Assembly (NCBI GenBank): GCA_030141605.1
Contig: JAQGDQ010001670.1
Coordinates: 1 to 30,397 of the forward strand
Direction: 5' to 3'
Source of the DNA: Tubiluchus corallicola
Lineage: Eukaryota > Animalia > Priapulida
DNA: 30,397 nucleotides
The number at the start of each line of letters is the position of its first letter. Position 1 is the stretch's first letter. The notes below the pieces were generated by a model. The model saw only the letters and a list, made by a program, of their open reading frames with translations, did no database searches and was not told the origin of the DNA. The position numbers and the translations under genes were made by a program. Shown piece after piece: positions 26,714-30,397 of this stretch.

Positions 26714-29117
26714 ACGCGAAAGAAAATAATCGATTGTGTGTAACTGGATAAGGAAGCAAGAATAAGAAAGAAAGAAAGATAGTAGGAAGAAAGAAAGAAA
26801 AAAGAAGGAAGGAGGTGAAAAAAGAAGAAAGGGAAAGCGAGAAAGGAAAAAGAAAAATAATTGATCGTGTGTAACTGAAAGAAAGAAAGATAGTACGAAA
26901 GAAAGAAAGAACAAAGAACAAAGAACAAAGAACGAAAGAACGAAGGAGGTGAAAGAGGAAGAAATAAAGGGAAAAGGCGGAAGGAAAAAGAAAAATAATT
27001 GATCGTAAATAAGCGAATGAGGAAGCAAGAAGTAAGAAAGAGAGAAAAACAGTAGGAAGAAAGAAAGGAAAAAGAACGAAATAACGAAGTAGGTGAAAAA
27101 GGAAAAAAGAAAGGGAAGGGGCAGAAGGAAAAAGAAAAATAATTGATTGTAAGTAACCGAATAAGGAAGCAAGAATAAGAAAGAGAGAAAGATAGTAGGA
27201 AACAAAGACAGAAGAAAGAAAAAAGAACGAAAGAAGGAATGAAGTGAAAGAGGAAGAAGAAAGGGAAAAGGCGGAAGGAAAAAGAAAAATAATTGATCGT
27301 AAATAAGCGAATGAGGAAGCAAGAAGTAAGAAAGAGAGAAAAACAGTAGGAAGAAAGAAAGGAAAAAGAACGAAATAACGAAGTAGGTGAAAAAGGAAAA
27401 AAGAAAGGGAAGGGGCAGAAGGAAAAAGAAAAATAATTGATTGTAAGTAACCGAATAAGGAAGCAAGAATAAGAAAGAGAGAAAGATAGTAGGAAACAAA
27501 GACAGAAGAAAGAAAAAAGAACGAAAGAAGGAATGAAGTGAAAGAGGAAGAAGAAAGGGAAAAGGCGGAAGGAAAAAGAAAAATAATTGATCGTAAATAA
27601 GCGAATGAGGAAGCAAGAAGTAAGAAAGAGAGAAAAACAGTAGGAAGAAAGAAAGGAAAAAGAAGGAAGGAGGTGAAAGAAGAAGAAAGAAAGGGAAAGC
27701 GAGAAAGGAAAAACAAAAATAATTGATTGTATGTAACCGGAAAAGAAGCAAAAAGTAAGAAAGAGAGAAAGCTAGTGGGAAAGAAAGAAAGAACAAAGAA
27801 AAAGAAAGAAAGAGTGAAAGAAGAAGAAAAAAAGGGAAAGGGCGGAAGGAAAAATAAAAATAATTGATTGTGTAGCAAGAAGCAAGAAGTAAGAAATAGA
27901 GAAAGATAGTAGGAAAGAAAGAAATAACAAATAAAAAAGAACGAAAGAAGGAAGGAGGTGAAGAAGAAGAAGAAAGAAAGGGAAAGGAAGCAAGGAAAAG
28001 AAAGTAAGTTAATTAAAAAACTTAAATCTTTGCTATCAAACATTTTTTCTCAAATGTTAGAATAAATTCTAAAACATGGCAATGGTATTTTCACTATTTT
28101 TGGTCTTCCTTAGGAGCGAGCCCAAATAGGGCTACTTCATTCGGACGGCGAGCCCTTCATGTGGCAGTTATGCAAGACGACATGAGAATAATAGAAGAGC
28201 TCATAGAACATAGTAAGTACTGTACATGTGACCGGTTTAAATGACGTAACGATGACGTCATAACAGGTCAATTAAACAAACATAAGTACTGTACATGTGA
28301 CCGGTTTAAATAACGTAACGATGACGTCATAACAGGTCAATTAAACAAACATAAGTAAGGAAGGTATGCAATGCATCGGTTAATTCCTGTTCATTTATTG
28401 GTTCACTATTGCTGCACTTTTTTTCGAATTTCACTTTCTGCGCATGCGCACACCTTCGTTTTTATCTAATGCAAACTTTCACGAAAAATGACTGTGATGT
28501 GCGGTGGTTGGTCAAATAAAAGTTTGCTGTGTGCCATAACAAACTCACCAAATTTAAAGCACATTGTTCACAAACGGTCTGTCCATTGTTTTAACTAATA
28601 AACCTTTTCACAGTTTCGTTGTGCACATGCGCAGTTGCTGTAGGTCAAAGGTTAAGTGTACCACAACAACGCGTCTTATCTACAACCGTAACGTGACATG
28701 CGTGAAAATCAAAGTCATCTGCCACATCAGTTCAGTAGCTTCAGATGTTTTTTCACGGTCTTTACTTAATTATGCATTATTCTCTGTGAGATCTTGTTTG
28801 GAAACAAGAAAAATGAACTAGGTAAGGTTCTACTTAGCTGTTAAAACTGTTACTATTACAGTAGCTTGGGCTGCGAGGTGTTGTCAAGTGTACACAAATG
28901 GTAGCCTTTGAGCTTTTTACGATCACCATCAATCACTGGAACCGTGTAAAAGCTTATTGATTTGCTTCAGAACTGTGATGACTCCATGTTTTTTTCAGGA
29001 GCTCGACTCGGTGTAAAAGACGAATTTGACATGACGGCTTTGGATTTAGCCAAACAGTTTGGTAATAAAGAAGCGGCAAGTCTACTTAACTCGATGGCTT
29101 GGAAGAGAAAAAAATAG
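19634..29117 (+). CDS. ANKRD60: ANKRD60-like protein: N-terminal ubiquitin-like domain plus ankyrin repeats, 235 aa
   Basis: Exons 19634-19877, 23540-23785, 28114-28212 (99 nt, one ankyrin repeat: GASPNRATSFGRRALHVAVMQDDMRIIEELIEH) and 28999-29117 (RARLGVKDEFDMTALDLAKQFGNKEAASLL...stop). All introns are phase 1, GT-AG; total 708 nt. Motifs TMLDLRAAMELGLGIP..LSFLDEGDLDD and VALFIAC resemble ANKRD60 as recalled; orthology not tested. AATAAA at 29163 and 29194. Confidence 0.85.
19930..20370. repeat. Degenerate tetranucleotide tract, (CAGT)n then (CCAA)n
   Basis: Read directly at the 5' end of ANKRD60-like intron 1. Confidence 0.85.
21044..21140. repeat. 37-bp tandem duplication (~2.6 copies)
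   Basis: TAACGGTGCAGTTCACGATGAACTCTGCATTAGATGG starts at 21044, 21081 and 21118. Confidence 0.9.
21635..22307 (+). mobile_element. Family A Kolobok/T2-like MITE, full copy
   Basis: TTAA at 21631-21634 and 22308-22311; colinear with 110-772. Confidence 0.85.
22365..22822. mobile_element. piggyBac-like MITE
   Basis: TTAA-CCCTTTCATACCC ... GGGACTGAAAGGG-TTAA; internal near-palindrome GTATCCCGTGGGATAC occurs twice (~22381 and ~22676). Confidence 0.85.
23155..23500. repeat. Patches of (ACTG/ACTA)n tetranucleotide repeat
   Basis: Read directly at the 3' end of ANKRD60-like intron 1. Confidence 0.8.
23957..25959 (+). mobile_element. Family B Kolobok/T2-like element with nested insertions
   Basis: TTAA-AGGAAAACAGGAC ... 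GTCCTGTGTTCCT-TTAA (12/13 TIR match); second left-end-like motif at 24874; homologous to 7459-8718 apart from inserts. Confidence 0.7.
25324..25800 (-). mobile_element. Probable LINE 3' UTR/tail inserted in the family B element
   Basis: Minus-strand AATAAA followed by (TA)n at 25324-25366; T/G-rich UTR-like body; absent from the other family B copy. Confidence 0.45.
26365..28010. repeat. Polypurine compound satellite (~110-150-bp monomers, 294-bp higher-order unit, embedded (AAAG)n)
   Basis: Anchor AAAATAAT(T/C)GAT(T/C)GT recurs; GATCGTAAATAAGCGAATGAGG at 27001, 27295 and 27589. Confidence 0.92.
28214..28357. repeat. 69-bp tandem duplication directly at the exon 3 donor
   Basis: TAAGTACTGTACATGTG... 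at 28214 and 28283; each unit contains ATGACGTCAT. Confidence 0.9.
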
Positions 29118-29504
29118 AAACTGAAATATCTTAGCTATCGGAGCAAAGTGAGCAACGTGTTAAATAAAATGCGTATTTAATTACAGAGATTTTAATAAAA
29201 AGTAATTAAAAACTTACGTCGTCTTGCTAACTGGACAATTTTGATAGCAAGGCCTTCTTGGTTATTTTGTTTTTTTACGCAAAAGTTTTTAACCTCACAA
29301 ACTAACACGAATTAGGAAGCCTAACAAATTAATTCGAATTTAATTTCTGGCAGTGTATGTTCACGCCTAAACACCCGGAGGTCCCAAAAATTCTTCACTA
29401 ATTTGTTTTACTGCGTTAGGCCTACCATTGCAAATTGTAGTGTTGAATCAAAACTTAGTACAAAACGAAAATTACGGTCAGCTCTTCTGCTTTTGAGCAG
29501 ATAC

Positions 29505-30397
29505 TGACTGTTATTTTCATTTTAAGAAATCGTTTCCTTGCTTAAGTGGGTGCTGGTTATTTTCTTTTTAAGAATTTGTTCCTCCGCTTAAGTGGGTGCT
29601 GGCTCTTATTTTCATTTTAAGTTATTGTTTCCTTCGTCAAGTGGATACTGGATGTCATTTTCTTTTTTTAGAAATCGTTTCCTTGCTTAAGTGAGTGTGA
29701 TTGTTATTTTCATTTTAAGAATTTGTTTCTTTACTTAAGTGAGTGTGACTGTCATTTTCATTTTAAGAACTTGTTTCTTTGCTTAAGTGGGTGTGGCTGT
29801 TATTTTCACTTTAAGAAATCGTTTCTTTGCTTAAGTGGGCACTGGCTGTTATTTTCACTTTAAGAAATCGTTTCTTTGCTTAAGTGAGTGTGATTGTTAT
29901 TTTCATTTTAAGAATTTGTTTCTTTACTTAAGTGGGTGTGGCTGTTATTTTCATTTTAAGAATTCGTTTCTTTGCTTAAGTGAGTGTGACTGTCATTTTA
30001 ATTTTAAGAATTTGTTTCTTTACCTAAGTGGGTGTGACTGTTATTTTCATTTTAAGAAATCGTTTCTTTGCTTAAGTGAGTGTGATTGTTATTTTCATTT
30101 TAAGAATGTGTTTCTTTACTTAAGTGGGTGTGACTGTTATTTTCATTTTAAGAAATCGTTTCTTTGCTTAAGTGGGTGTGACTGTTATTTTCATTTTAAG
30201 AAATCGTTTCTTTACTTAAGTGGGTGTGATTGTTATTTTCATTTTAAGAATTTGTTTCTTTACTTAAGTGGGTGTGACTGTTATTTTCATTTTAAGAAAT
30301 CGTTTCTTTGCTTAAGTGAGTGTGATTGTTATTTTAATTTTAAGAATTTGTTTCTTTACTTAAGTGGGTGTGGCTGTTATTTTCATTTTAAGAATTC
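29505..30397. repeat. 48-bp minisatellite running off the window end
   Basis: TTAAGTGGGTGTGACTGTTATTTTCATTTTAAGAAATCGTTTCTTTGC, period 48. Confidence 0.95.

Noticed and set aside
26249-28043. Long Phe/Leu/Ser ORFs of 465-515 aa
   Set aside because: Stop-poor pyrimidine strand of the satellite; the 294-bp period preserves frame.

Overview
AT-rich, intron-containing animal genomic DNA, probably an invertebrate (the 5S-derived fragment is invertebrate-type); the species cannot be determined from the sequence. There are three spliced genes, reconstructed by hand from GT-AG boundaries and phase matching: (1) the 3' end of a titin/twitchin/MyBP-like Ig-FnIII gene on + (1714-6704); (2) a convergent Shaker/Kv1 potassium channel on - (3 coding exons, about 459 aa); (3) an ANKRD60-like ubiquitin-like/ankyrin gene on + (4 exons, 235 aa), head-to-head with the Kv gene. 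The rest is MITEs (Kolobok/T2-like and piggyBac-like TTAA elements, a hAT element, foldback elements), LINE 3' ends, SINE relics and mini/microsatellites. The most striking structure is at the window start: it is the centre of a fold-back inverted duplication, apparently primed by two inverted MITE copies. This leaves the first half of an Ig domain on the minus strand and its partner exon duplicated on both strands. The second is mutually complementary simple repeats near splice sites in two genes, suggesting RNA-structure-guided splicing.
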